Below are positions 12,575-24,383 of a DNA stretch of 64,000 nucleotides, one piece after another; the stretch's first letter is position 1, and each line of letters starts with the position of its first letter. Where the stretch lies: positions 992,001 through 1,056,000 of the forward strand of contig CP089275.1 in NCBI GenBank assembly GCA_023920165.1. The letters run 5' to 3'. This DNA is from Curvularia clavata (taxonomy: Eukaryota). The notes under the pieces are model-generated. The model was not told the DNA's origin. It ran no database searches and worked only from the letters and a program-made list of their open reading frames with translations. The translations under genes and the position numbers were made by a program.

Positions 12575-13372
12575 TCAATACGAAACGGGCAATCTGTCGA
12601 GCGATGCAATGAGCTCATAGGTGTTGGTATGCCTGATACGAAGCCCTGGTAGCCTTGTGGCATCACTGAAGTGTTTGCTGACAATATCGTTGTTGGCTGT
12701 CAAACCACGTGTGGTATTGCTGCGGAATCCGTACAAGGCAATAAATGCATCGGCCACCACGGGCTCTGCCTCGTTGACGTCCGCGGACTTGAAACGCACG
12801 CCGTCGTAGGACTTGCTGGCACTACCAATATTCGTGACTTGTTCATCGACTTTGGCTAATTGGGTGTGTGTTATGGCTACTGAGATGCCGTTCCGCGCTG
12901 CATCGATGTGTTCACCGATCGCCCGAAATAGGTCATGTTCCAGCCCTGGAGTAGCAACCTGGTAGACAACCATAAATAGCATGTCACGTACATTGGCTGG
13001 TTCATCTGATGACGGGGCTGATAGGCTCCTGGCCGAGATGCTCTCACAAGCGAAGCGACTCATCTTTGCAAGCAACGGCATAAACTGCGCCGTTCTCCGC
13101 GTTGGGTGGTTGAGCGCGTGCAGATAGTCGGTCGATGCCAGATGGCGCAGATTTGATGTTTGATACAAGGCAAGGTATTCATTCTGACCATTTTGCGGTT
13201 GGAGCGCGCGGTATCGACGCGCTCGCTGAAAGCCTGGGAGGCTTAGACGCTCGGGGAGATGCTCGTTGGTCCACCAGTCATTTAAAGCGCCTTCGTCGAC
13301 GGCCTTAGGGTCGATAGATGCCCATAGAATAAGCAAGCCCTCGGCTTCGGTTAGCGCTGGAGAAGCACCCAT
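12575..13372 (-). CDS. EthD-like / dimeric alpha-beta barrel protein, intronless
   Basis: GLLILWASID...LNDWWTNEHLPERLSLPGFQRARRY...YLALY...Y pattern matches the 'FNxWYxxEHxPERLxxPGFxxARRY' barrel family. Likely ATG at 13372 (MGASPALTEAEG). Confidence 0.75.
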   Translation of the reverse strand: MGASPALTEAEGLLILWASIDPKAVDEGALNDWWTNEHLPERLSLPGFQRARRYRALQPQNGQNEYLALYQTSNLRHLASTDYLHALNHPTRRTAQFMPLLAKMSRFACESISARSLSAPSSDEPANVRDMLFMVVYQVATPGLEHDLFRAIGEHIDAARNGISVAITHTQLAKVDEQVTNIGSASKSYDGVRFKSADVNEAEPVVADAFIALYGFRSNTTRGLTANNDIVSKHFSDATRLPGLRIRHTNTYELIASLDRLPVSY

Positions 13373-14143
13373 GAGCCGGGGCAGAGCAAGGCGAACAGCT
13401 TCCAATGCGGGGCTGGTTTTGCAGGGCAAAGACGTGGTGTCGTTGAATACAAACTGGTGTTTGGAGGCAGTGCCGGTATGCCGCGGGCATGATGGCCAAA
13501 AAGTGGGGTGTTGTCCACGTGACATTTCAGGCTTGGCAGAAGCCGGCTTTCGGCTCGCGTATCAGGCACATCGCGTGGTCGACTAGGCTGGCGTTTCAAG
13601 CCCATGGCGGTATGTCTGACAAGACTCGACAACACACCCGTCTGGTGCCTCGCCTGTTGTCGACGGACTCTGCTCATTCCGGCCCTACATACGCTGCTAG
13701 CCTGACTCACGCCTATCGTGACCAATTCGCTTGGGGCCCGAGGCCGACCCACCTGTCAATTTGGCCAAGCTTGATGTCAATTTTGCTAGGCTTGGTGTTA
13801 ATCTTCCTACAGTCACAGCCGGGCTGTGGATCTCATGCAGATCGCCGCTAATTGCATGTTTCCAGCTGCAGCTAGCAGGACAAGCCTTGCTGTCCACGCT
13901 CAGGGGGCATGGCCGTACAATCAAATGGCGCCTCATATAACGCCAGCCAGCGCCCGTACCCGCAAGCCTCGCCTTTTGCTTCGCCGCATCTGCCCACTCG
14001 TTCTGCCCTTGCAGCCTTGCTCTCATTAACGCCACACAAACCATAGTCGCTCATTTAATCCTACTCAAGATACAATAATACCCTTACAAACATCCTAATC
14101 CCTGCCTTCGTATTCCAGACCCACCCTTAAACTTACACACAAC

Positions 14144-14928
14144 ATGCGTCAACCAACCGCCATCCTGTCCCTTCTAGCGAGCTCCGTTTGCGCCGCTGAC
14201 ATCGTTAGCTTCTACTTCCCCGGCGGTTCGTCACTCGTATTTTATTTCAATGCACCTTGCTGCCGTGGTTGAGCCTCTCTAACACTGTCACCTTACCAGG
14301 CTACGAGGGCGTTGATCCTGTCGCGACCATCAACACAGTCAACCCAACACTGACCGAATTCCACATCGCATGTCCCACCGGTGTCGACTCCTCAGACTGC
14401 GGCTGGGGTCCCGGCCTCGATGCGACCATCCTTTCGCAAACACGCTACCAGGCCACCATGGCTGCCGACACTGTCTCCATGAGCTTGGGCTGCGACTACG
14501 ACAAGAAAAAGGTCGAGATGACATGCACGGTGAACCAGGAGGGTGGAAACGACGACACGGGCGGTGAACCCGTTACGGCAGTCTTCTCTGGTCAAGATGT
14601 CCAGTTCCTGTCTCTCACCGTCGTTGAGGGTAACAGCTTGTTGAGGCCGAAGACAAGCGCAACACCGAGCGCGACCACTACCAAGACAAGCGCCCAGCCT
14701 ACAGCCGTTGCTACATCTGCTATGAGCGCGAGCACAGGACTGATGACGGCTAGCGACACGGTCAGCACAACTGCTAGTCCAGCCTCCACTTCTGATGCCC
14801 AGGCTGCACCCACATCGAGCAAGTCGTCTGTAGCGCCTCCTGAGAGCACTGGTGCCGCCGCCAAATTTGGCATTGAGGGCTCTGCGCTGCTTATGCTTGC
14901 TGGTGCCGCCGCCTTGAACGTGTGGTAA
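14144..14928 (+). CDS. GPI-anchored cell-wall glycoprotein with 4-Cys N-terminal domain and S/T-rich stalk; 2 exons (intron 14226-14299)
   Basis: Signal peptide MRQPTAILSLLASSVCA. GTTCGT...CTAAC...CAG intron is in frame (FPG|GYEGVDP). Domain contains CPTGVDSSDCG...C...C, followed by an S/T/A stalk and C-terminal STGAAAKFGIEGSALLMLAGAAALNVW. Confidence 0.88.
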
Positions 14929-16222
14929 GCATGCTTGATAGACGTATTGACTTGGTTGTCATTTACCAAATCGCAAAACACTATTGATACCCAAGTATAC
15001 ATAAAGTCATACCTGCATTGAGTCATTGTCAATACGCCGCATCAATGACCATATACACCCGTGGTGGTTGCTTGGTTTCCTGTTCATCGCTATCGTCAGT
15101 CCCTACCGCATTACATAATCTGTCGTGGTCGCGGTACGTCTGACATAGAAGTCCCGATCCTTCCGACTGAGATGCGATGGAATGGAATATCACCCTTATA
15201 ATACATATTCAAATCCCTAAAAACGAGCTCACGATTACGACTGATTGATCCAATCACCTCGATCCAATTTCACCATGACCTTGTGCCTGAATTTGCTATA
15301 GTGATGCTCTTTACCAAGCAGCTCAGGCTCGCGAGCATTGCTGAAACCAAGGAGCTCAAATTCTCTGTCTCAATTGACGTTATCTCAAAGTAATCGCAGG
15401 AGAGCTCACTTGAAAAGCCACTGCCCCTTCAAAGTGGGCGCAGTGTCAGATCACAGCCTGAGTGCAACAAAACGAAAACGCGGCGTAGAACTGGTAATTC
15501 AATGTTGGATGAGTCTTAGCCTTTTAACACATCACGCTCGTTGGCGGCATCATATATGTGCCTTGGTCTAGCCCCTCTGCACAGCATGCATATCAGGGTC
15601 CAAGAAGTTCAGGGTCTTGTACGCATGACATCATCCGGCTTCCCCGCGCTCCTCTCTCCGCAACCTCTTCCTTTCCAGCCCACGCCTGAGAGATCTAGGC
15701 CTTTGTTTCCTACACGCCCTTACTGCCTTGAACCCCACGGCTCCCACCTGCTACCCGCAAAAGAACGCAGTCGGCCCTGAAGTTGACGTCATGTTCGCGG
15801 TGCTGCGCACGAGGCTGTGCGTTTCAGCTGCGCGAACACCACGTTACCGAGTCGAGGCCGACACCACGCCCTGTCTAAAATCTTGGATCTGCGCGCCACA
15901 GATCTTCCTGTGACGTTATTGTCGACCCACAGAATCACGAGAACACAGGGACAGCATGTTGTAGCTGCGGCAGCTTACCTATCTTAGGTCTACGGCTCAC
16001 CCTGAGATGCCCTGACGGTCTAGCCCCCCTCCAGCCGTTACCGACGTTGAGAGATATGATGTCTTTATGGGGTGTTTTGGTGACGATCCGGGCATTTGCA
16101 CAGAAGGCAGCCATGAGCTGGTCACACTAGAGAGGGGCGGGTGAAGACTGTGGAGAGTTTGAGATCTCGATGGGATAGTTCTGGATTCCACACAGAACTC
16201 CTGCTACTTGATTGTCTATATT

Positions 16223-16862
16223 ATGGTACAACCTAGAGAGCTTGAATGGTAAGTATAAAGGTAATGGTGCTGCGATGACTTGAAATAGGCCATCACAATA
16301 TCCAGAAGGCATTTCATCGTCCCTAGTTCCAAGCCAACTACAGTCCTCTACTTTCCATTCACCTATGCGGGTACTACAAGACGCTTACTTTACTGTCCGC
16401 GATGTTCGGGACAGTGCAAATGCACCTTTGGACAAAGGTCAAACAAAACCCAAACGACGACCGAAAAAGTATCGCGCGGTTGAACGTCCCGACGGCATAA
16501 TCGTTGAACGCCCTCGATACCACCCAACAACTCTACCCCAGAACGTAACACCGAAGCCGATACATATCGAGGTTGATCTTAGGATACCCATAAAGCAGAC
16601 CGGAAGGGTGAACTCAAACAGAATGACGTATGAGCTGCTGGGTATTGGGGTTTCTGAGACCAACTCCCGCAGTGAGAATCATGGCAAAAGTACTGAAGAC
16701 GCAAGAGGAGAAGGTCAAGCATCTATACAATATCAACACATCCATATTGAGATTGAGAAATACACGGTTGAAGGGAAGAATCACATCGAAAGGAACACAA
16801 TTGATCGTTTTCTTCACGACGGAGGGCCTTGGAGTTCATACTCCCAACGAAATGCAGACTAA
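16223..16862 (+). CDS. Possible orphan hypothetical protein (about 200 aa; possible 40-nt intron 16249-16288)
   Basis: The 165-aa ORF can be extended upstream via GTAAGT...TAG to an ATG at 16223. No recognisable domain; the intron is short with a weak branch site. Confidence 0.3.
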
Positions 16863-17482
16863 TATTTTGGATGGTTGTGTGTTGCTGCAGTACGCAGTGA
16901 CAGCAAATGCAACTAATCATCAAATACATGTTTCTCCATCCGCGTGACCTGTCTCCTTGCCCTAGTGCCTTCGTGTTTGCTCCACATAGTATACCAGGCG
17001 AGAAGTTGGTTACTTTCTCGCCTATCTATGCATTACGTCCTGAACAAGATAAGAATGCTTCGCGTCTGCTGCCTTGATCCATCACGTGGACGTATCAGGC
17101 AGCAATGACGAATCATGCAATCGGACACTAGCGTCTTGGCGTGAACGTGTCACACCTCCCACGACAGTGAACGAGCACAGCAAGCAGCAACTTTGCAAGG
17201 CAACCATTCCTCGCCGAATCCTCTGGGTACTCCCAAATAGCATACTTGAAGGCTTTAGCGACAGAATCAAACTTATTCTTCCCTGCGTTCCCCTCCTGGC
17301 GTCCCTATCGTGTTTGCCAGCTGCGTATAGCGCCGTTACCCGCAGGTGTGACTACCCCACGAGACTAAAATGTCCACGTCGGTTTCCACCAGCGCATGAG
17401 CACATAGAAGCCCGACAAAGGACAACCCAAACTCAACTGTCCGTTAACCATCTCACTCTAGACATCCCCGCCAGATCCTGTC

Positions 17483-19628
17483 ATGGCACCATCCACACCA
17501 TCTAACTCGAGAAGTCGAAAGAGACGAGTACCTAGCCCTAACCATGCGTCCACAACACCACCCCTTCCACGCGAGATCACGATGCGCGATGCTCCTCCTC
17601 TCTGTGAGAACCGGGGTCTTGACCATTTTACAAACGCTGCTCTAGGCCTCGACGTTGAAACGTCCAGGCACCGCGCGACATGTCTTCTTGACCTACCGTC
17701 TGAATTGATTGACTTAATAGCCTCCAAGCTCCGTAAAGACAGCTCTGTCTTCAGCCTTGCATATGTAAACAAACGGCTCTACGGCATCGTGCAAGAAACC
17801 ATTGTCCGAGAGCTAGTGCTTGGACGCCAACACATCAAAGGTTTCCTTGAGCTGCTTGGGCATCACCCTGACCTTATACAAAAAGTTGCCCACGTCGACC
17901 TTGGCGATTTTGGTTGTTCTCATCATGATGACTGCCACTGCCTAGATAGTCCCAATCTGGACGATGACATGAAGAAAACCATTGGCCGAATGATCACCGC
18001 AAACACTCAAGGACGGGTGAACTGGAGCCACATACGGAAAACCAAGTACATGTTGGGTCCAGTTTGGGGCAAGGATCAGGCTTTCTTCTTGAACGTACTA
18101 GCAGCATTGTGCACGAACATTAAATCCATGACCGTCGAGCTCCCTGAAGCTAGACGTTTCCAATCAGGCCGGCCACCGCAGCCACTCCATCTGGCACCTG
18201 ATAACTTTCCTTCCTTGAATCCCGAGCTGTTCCCAGTTACGCCATTTGGTGGTGTTGCTCTTGAAATATTCCGCCGCTCCCTCCACACGCTTACAATTGC
18301 CGAAGACACCAGATGGAAAGGGCCAGCGACACTCGAAGTACTCCATTCCCGCGATCTCCAATGGAGAAACATGGGAAAACACACCATTACACTGGTCGGT
18401 TTCTCTGGTCTGAGACGCCTAGATGTTCCGATGGAGGCCCTCGGTTGCCCGCAGAACATAGTCTTTTCGAACGAGATGCCTGACGTCACACAACAAAAGG
18501 ATGACAAACAGAAAAGCAGGCTTGTGTTCAAAGAAGGAAGAATGGAGACACTGGAAGAAGCGCGTTTGAAGGTTCTGCCTCTCTCCATCACACACCTGCA
18601 CTTGCGATCATGCAACAAATGGGCATTCGCCTTCCTGAAGACGATCAATGAAGTCCCTAGTAAAGATCTCAAGCTGAGATATGTCGAACTCTTTTTCAAC
18701 AGCGCATCACAAGAAGCGATCATCCAGTGTGATGCATCAGACGAGGGAAAATTCAGCTATCTGGATCTCTTAACGGATCTTGAACACAAGAATATCGAAG
18801 TACGGTTCTTTTGTGGGGACAAAGAAACACCGGTCGATATGCGCCGCGAGTTGGAGGCGCTATGCTTCTTAACACCCTATGAAGCTTGGCAGTTCTCCAT
18901 TTCCCGCAGGCCATTTTCCGATCTGGATTCAGAAGCCAGCAGGAATAGGCAGTCATCAATGATAGGTAGCCGTCTGTTTTTGCGTCATGCTGGCAGCCAT
19001 CTTTCACTTTTGAACAGCGCAACATTTGACTCAAAGTCTTGGGCACACAGCGCGTTCTTCCGTGGGACCAAACCTGCAACAAAGACCAATTCTACGAAAG
19101 ACCAAAAATCCAAAGGAAGTAAGAGTGACGATACGAGCTGCAGCGATCGGGGTTGCGAGAAATGGAAAATCAAGCGACGGCTACCTGCTTTGCTCAGTAA
19201 GCTTATAACATACCTGTTTTTGCTTACACTAAGAAAACGCAGATTTAAACAACTTCGAATTCAACTTCCATGTTGATCAAACACTTTCCTCGGTACCGAA
19301 AGAAGCCGTATTCCAGGGTGTCGTGTTGCCTATTTCAAGCGACGCTCATACGACGTGCAGCGAAGATGACGGAAGCTCGAAGAAGACAATGGGCACGGGG
19401 AAAGAAGAGGCGAGCCGCATAAAGATTAGCCGCAGGTCGAAACGGGCAGATTCGCATTCTAGTGAAGTCAAGACACTAGAGAACAACATGATCGAGCTGG
19501 AGATAGGATTTGACTGTGGCATGACCTCTTGCGGGGAAGCTGCCCTCAAAACCTCCACATTCAATATCGCTGCCTGGCTTGGTATTGACTGGAAAGCTTC
19601 CCTAAAGCCACCAAAAACAGACAACTAG
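17483..19628 (+). CDS. F-box-like domain protein with LRR-like region; 2 exons (intron 19197-19242)
   Basis: LLDLPSELIDLIASKL...FSLAYVNKRLYGIV is F-box-like, followed by LxxLxL-type segments (LHTLTI, LRRLDV, ITHLHL, LRYVEL). A GTAAGC...CTAAG...CAG intron joins the 597-aa ORF to the 19323-19628 ORF. Confidence 0.75.
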
Positions 19629-21627
19629 GCGACTGCGCCAGCTCAGAGCAGCAGGTTGTGCAGCCAAGGTTGCGGTAACAACAGAAGAATATGGTGAGAA
19701 GGAGTGGACTATGATCGTTATCCTCCGAGCAGCAGTTGGGTAGCCGTATATCATAGGTGGTCAAGCGTGAACCGGGTCTGACGCAGAAGCTGTGGACAAA
19801 CTACGACGAGAAGACTACTATGGGGTCATTTGATGGGAAATAGAGGATTAGCCACGGGTGGGGAATGAATCAGGATGCAGACATATGTATATTTATTCTG
19901 GGAAGAGTAGTGGAGGCACACTGGGTCGAAGGTTTGCAATACAGCAGGCCTGGTTTAGGTCGCTGAATCGGCGTTTATGGAGCTCGATAGTCTAATAGAC
20001 TGTATTTGTACTTCCGCTATGTCTTGGGACGGGATGATTCCGCACGTTTGTCTTTTGAAAATGAGCTAAAGCAAGCCACGGCATAGTTGTAGATTGCCAA
20101 GGTTTTTAGGCTGGATCTCAGCTGACTTGGTGCAGTTGGTGGTTGTCTTGTTCTCGTTACGTTAGTTAAAACACAACATTGTAGCTCTGAAAAACGTACT
20201 GCCTAAGGTCGAAACTTGTACACTGTTTCCTGGTATACAAAATGTCATTGCGCATAGTCATCATCGCACATAGACATTGTCGCACTACAATGTGCTGACG
20301 ACAGTTATGTGACATGTGAATACGACCGTCAACGCATTGTGGTACGCTGAGCGACATCAAAGTAAGTATTGATGGCACGTTCTGACAACCAGGCTCGTAC
20401 CGGAGAGTTACCTAAGTGTATATCATATAATGCGCTTGGTATACCCAAAATCAGGATCTGGAGACTTCTATTAATAACTAAACAATGGGTTGGCCCTCAG
20501 TACCTTGAGACAATATTTCCGGTCAAAAGCTCCAGCTCACAGAGTGCTCGAATCAAGCTAGTCATGAAGCGAAGCATTTTTCCAATGAGCTGATGCATGA
20601 GACGAAAGATTCACGACAGCGAATCAGGAAGATGACAGGCGTCACAATACGAAGTCGCGTGAGTGCGACGACACCAAGGACGGCAAAAGACGATGTGGAA
20701 ATTCAGAAAAACCAACACGTACCTCAGGCCCAAGTGTTCTGTGTTCACGACCAAGGAATCCTGTCTTGCTCAAACAGTAATATCCCAATGTAACCTTGCG
20801 TCTCCGTTCCTGGGGCCCTATATGCAGGGCAAACAGCATGTCGCATTGCATTTGCACTATCGGCAGTGCAACAACATCACCTTGTCCAAATAGCCGCAAG
20901 ATAGCAAGAATGAAAAAAAAATCTCTTCACCCTATATCACATTTCACCCCTCGCAATACAGTGTATGATGCAACAAGGGATAAAAATAAACCCAGCTGTA
21001 CCCATACACCGCTCCTGTAGCCTTTTCCTCTTTCTCTCTTTCAGCCACAACTTCGTATCTCGCCCATCCAGATCTTTGCCCCCTCACCAACCATCCCGTG
21101 CAACCAACCCAAACCGCGCAAAACTCAATAAAGAAAATCTAGCACATTCTCGTATCAAAGTATATTCTTGCGCATGTGCGCGCGCCTCCCAGGGACCAGA
21201 AGCCCACCAACGCTGGACCTGACCCAATACGCTGTCTAGTCTCGTGTTAGGATCTGTGGTACCGAGGAGGGGAACGGAAAAGGGAGCGTGAAACTAGCGT
21301 GCGTTACCTGCATGTCACGCACGCGACGGGGGGGATGAGGGGCGCGGGATCATTTGGGGCTGAGAGCAGAGGTGTGGCCAATGAGGGGCTCTGGGGGGTA
21401 AAGGCTCGTCGGGCAGAGGCTTGGGGGGTTTTCGTCTACTTTGCGAGCGTGGATGGGGTGCGAGTGGGGTGATTGGGGGGCTTAGAGTAAGTGGATGGTT
21501 AATTTGGGAATTATGGTTTAGAGTGGCTGTCTGTGTATGACGGGGTGGATTGATTGATGTGCTGGCAGATGATGGGGGGGAAAGAAGGGCTGATGACCTA
21601 CCTAGGCTGCTGTGTTGCTGTGTTATG

Positions 21628-21635
21628 TATAAAAA
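21628..21635 (+). promoter_or_regulatory. Putative TATA box of the bys1-like gene
   Basis: TATAAAAA about 95 nt upstream of the ATG at 21731. Confidence 0.5.
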
Positions 21636-21730
21636 GGAGGGCGCAGAAGGACTTTTTTTTTGCTTTTGGGATATTTGGATAGTCAATCGCTCAGATTTGT
21701 AGATTAATCAAAGGGACATTGGAGAATAAG

Positions 21731-22377
21731 ATGCTTTTCCCGTCGTTTGCACTCGCTACCGCCCTCTCCTCTTTATTCTTCCCTACAGTCCACGCTGTGG
21801 GTCGTGCCATCGTTAGCAATCAATGCCCGGAACCTATCTACCTGTGGTCGGTCGGTGGAAGCATCAGTCCACAATATACTGTTGCCCCTTCCACCTCCTA
21901 TAGCGAGACCTTTAGGCGCGACCCTGCATCTGGTGGCATTGCGATCAAGATCTCACCAGTTGCCAACGGCATCTTCCAACCCAACGTGAGCCAGACTATC
22001 TTTGCGTACAACCTCGATGGCAACAAGGTCTGGTATGACATGAGCGATATTTTCGGCGATGGCTTTGCAGGACGCACCATGTCGCTGAAGCCGAGTGATA
22101 AGACGTGTCAGGAGATTGTTTGGGCGTATGGAAAGCAGCCAGCTGGAAGCTCGGTGAGAGTGTGTGGTGCTAATGGCGACTTGACGCTGTCGTTTTGCAC
22201 GGGAGGTTGCTTGCCAAGTTGGTGTAAGTCCAAAATCTTTACTTAGAGCTGGTCGTGTGGGTAGAAGTCTGTTTGCTAATGTGCGTCTTAGATCCTTGCG
22301 GGAACAACGCGCCTGGTGATAATAGGATTTGCTGCACGCACTGTATTGGAAGTCACCACTGTGTTGCAGCGCCTTGA
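21731..22377 (+). CDS. bys1: Secreted Bys1-domain protein with C-terminal 6-Cys extension; 2 exons (intron 22224-22291)
   Basis: Signal peptide, then VGRAIVSNQCPEPIYLWSVG...GGIAIKI...QTIFAYNLDGNKVWYDMSDIFGD...DLTLSFC, the Bys1 family pattern. A GTAAGT...CTAAT...TAG intron adds YPCGNNAPGDNRICCTHCIGSHHCVAAP-stop. Confidence 0.85.
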
Positions 22378-22729
22378 TAGGAGTTAGGGCAGTGATTAGG
22401 TGGTTGCTGTATTAAAGACATGGAAAATGCCGTACAGTCTGGACCTGATCTTTTTTGAATATTCTTCATCAGCATACAGCGAACACAGAGATTGAGGTCG
22501 TGGATTGCGGGTTCATGTCTATAATGAATTTTAATAATTATGCTGTGGCATCGTTTTGTTCAAAGCCTGAATCCACAAGATCTTTGACTATAGACAAGCA
22601 CACATGCCATCTCCGTATTTAGAGTCCTATTTAAGCAAGATCCGTTCTCAGTGAATTACCTGTCGATATTGAGGTTAGCACCCATTTGAAGAGCGTCCAG
22701 CTCTTTACAGTTGCTCGCCTTTTTTTCAA

Positions 22730-22754
22730 AAAAGAAAAGAAAAGAAAAGAAAAG
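22730..22754 (+). repeat. (AAAAG)5 microsatellite
   Basis: Read directly from the sequence, between the convergent 3' ends of the bys1-like and hypothetical genes. Confidence 0.9.
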
Positions 22755-22861
22755 GAAGAAACGAAAACATACAAAGAACATCAGTCACTTTCTAAACTTT
22801 TGATCAATTAGAGTGTTGCAACGAGGTCTGCAGAGGTAAAACTGCAATTGCTGATGACTAT

Positions 22862-24383
22862 CTATGATGAAATATCGACCCACTCCGCTTCCTCTGCTTC
22901 TCTCCTTCTACCCAACAGCCTCTTGTCACCCCTAGCCAGCCTCTTTCCCATCCCTTTCGATAGACCCGTTCTCCTCCGCTTTCGCTTGCTAAATTCTCTC
23001 GCAATCATCTTTTGCGATTTCAGTCTCTTCAAAGTATGAATTTCATGATGCAACTCTGACAATTGCTCATTAATGTTATCACTCAATGCCCGCTTTTCTT
23101 CCCTGCACCTCGTGAACAGATCTTCGAGTTCGCTTCCAAGATCTTTTATAGTATCTTGTTTCAATAGCGACATGTCAGCCTTGTACTCTTCCATCTCGTT
23201 CATCAATTCTGCCGTCTCATGGGCTCGTGCATCATATGCATCGTTCCAGAGCTCATTCAGCCTTTTGTCAACAATTTTTTCGAATTGCTGCAACTGGTGA
23301 GCCTGGTATTGCTGAAACTGTTGGGCGAGGTGGATGCGGAGGTGGGGGATCCATGCTTTACCCAGAGACGTCAAGGGTGGTAGCTTTGGATATTTGTTAC
23401 CAAGGTAATCACCGGAGGTGAAGGACGGAGAGCTAGAACGAGAGCTGGGCACGCCGGCGAGCAAACTCTGGACGACGCCGGGGAGAGCTTTCTCAAGATA
23501 CGCAGGTAGCTGTTTGCTGACCGCAGCGTTGATGGCCTCAGTCTGGTAGTCGATACCGGGTGACGCATATATGAAATCTTTTGCCAAAGCCTCAGCCGCA
23601 GCTGGGCTTAATGGCACAGTCGTTTCAGAGGTGTGAGATTTGGCCGGCGATTGGGGCGCGAATCGTTTTGGTGAATGACTCGGTGAGCTTAGGCTTGCTG
23701 CGCGTCTTAGCCACTTGTATTTGCCAGAGGTAATGACAACCCTCACCTTGCCTCGACCGCTTACGGCAACTGTCGTAAGCAGGCGGCGCCTCGATAGTGT
23801 CGATGGGGTAAAAGACCTCCCAACTTGCTCTTCTCAGCCCTTGTTTGGCTAGTGATCCATCGACGGGGTAGCCGACCAGGCCCCTCGCTGCTTTGCTGAA
23901 TGCCTTAAACATGCCCTGGCGTTCCTTGCGCACATGCTTATAGTCAAAGACGATGTGGATTGTGGATGCTTTAGTGAGCTCTACAAACTGACGGAAAGCA
24001 GACTCACAACCAGGTTTGGGACCAAAAGACCTGGCATCCGGGCACCAGAGGGGACATGAGTCGTCAACACTTAGGGCAAGAGTCTTAACGTCCCAGTGTT
24101 TGTTATCCTTGTTTCGCAGGAGCTCATCCAGCTGTGGTCGCGGGATATAGCTGTTGCCACTAGTGAGACTGACAGTGCCAGACAGTAGCTTGTCAGCATC
24201 GTACTGCAGAACAAAAAGCTGTATGTCATGAGTTGTGGGGATCCTCAATACAAGCAAGACAGTCGCCTGCTTAGAGGCGTCGTCACATCTAAAAATTAGT
24301 GAACACTGGCACGGCGATACAGGATCCAAGACGTTCGGCGCAGGATAGGCGAGGGCCTTGAAACCAAGGTTGAAAAAGGTCAT
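22862..24383 (-). CDS. Hypothetical protein: N-terminal globular region, PPAY motif, S/P-rich linker, C-terminal coiled coil with basic KRKRRR patch; 2 exons (intron 23698-23746)
   Basis: Two overlapping long ORFs are joined in frame by GTGAGG...CTAAG...CAG (RKRSRQ|ASLSSP). Confidence 0.8.

Noticed and set aside
13373..13525. N-terminal extension of the EthD-like ORF given by the ORF track
   Set aside because: An upstream in-frame ATG exists at 13525, but the extra 51 aa look unstructured and precede the recognisable domain, so ATG 13372 was preferred; not proven.
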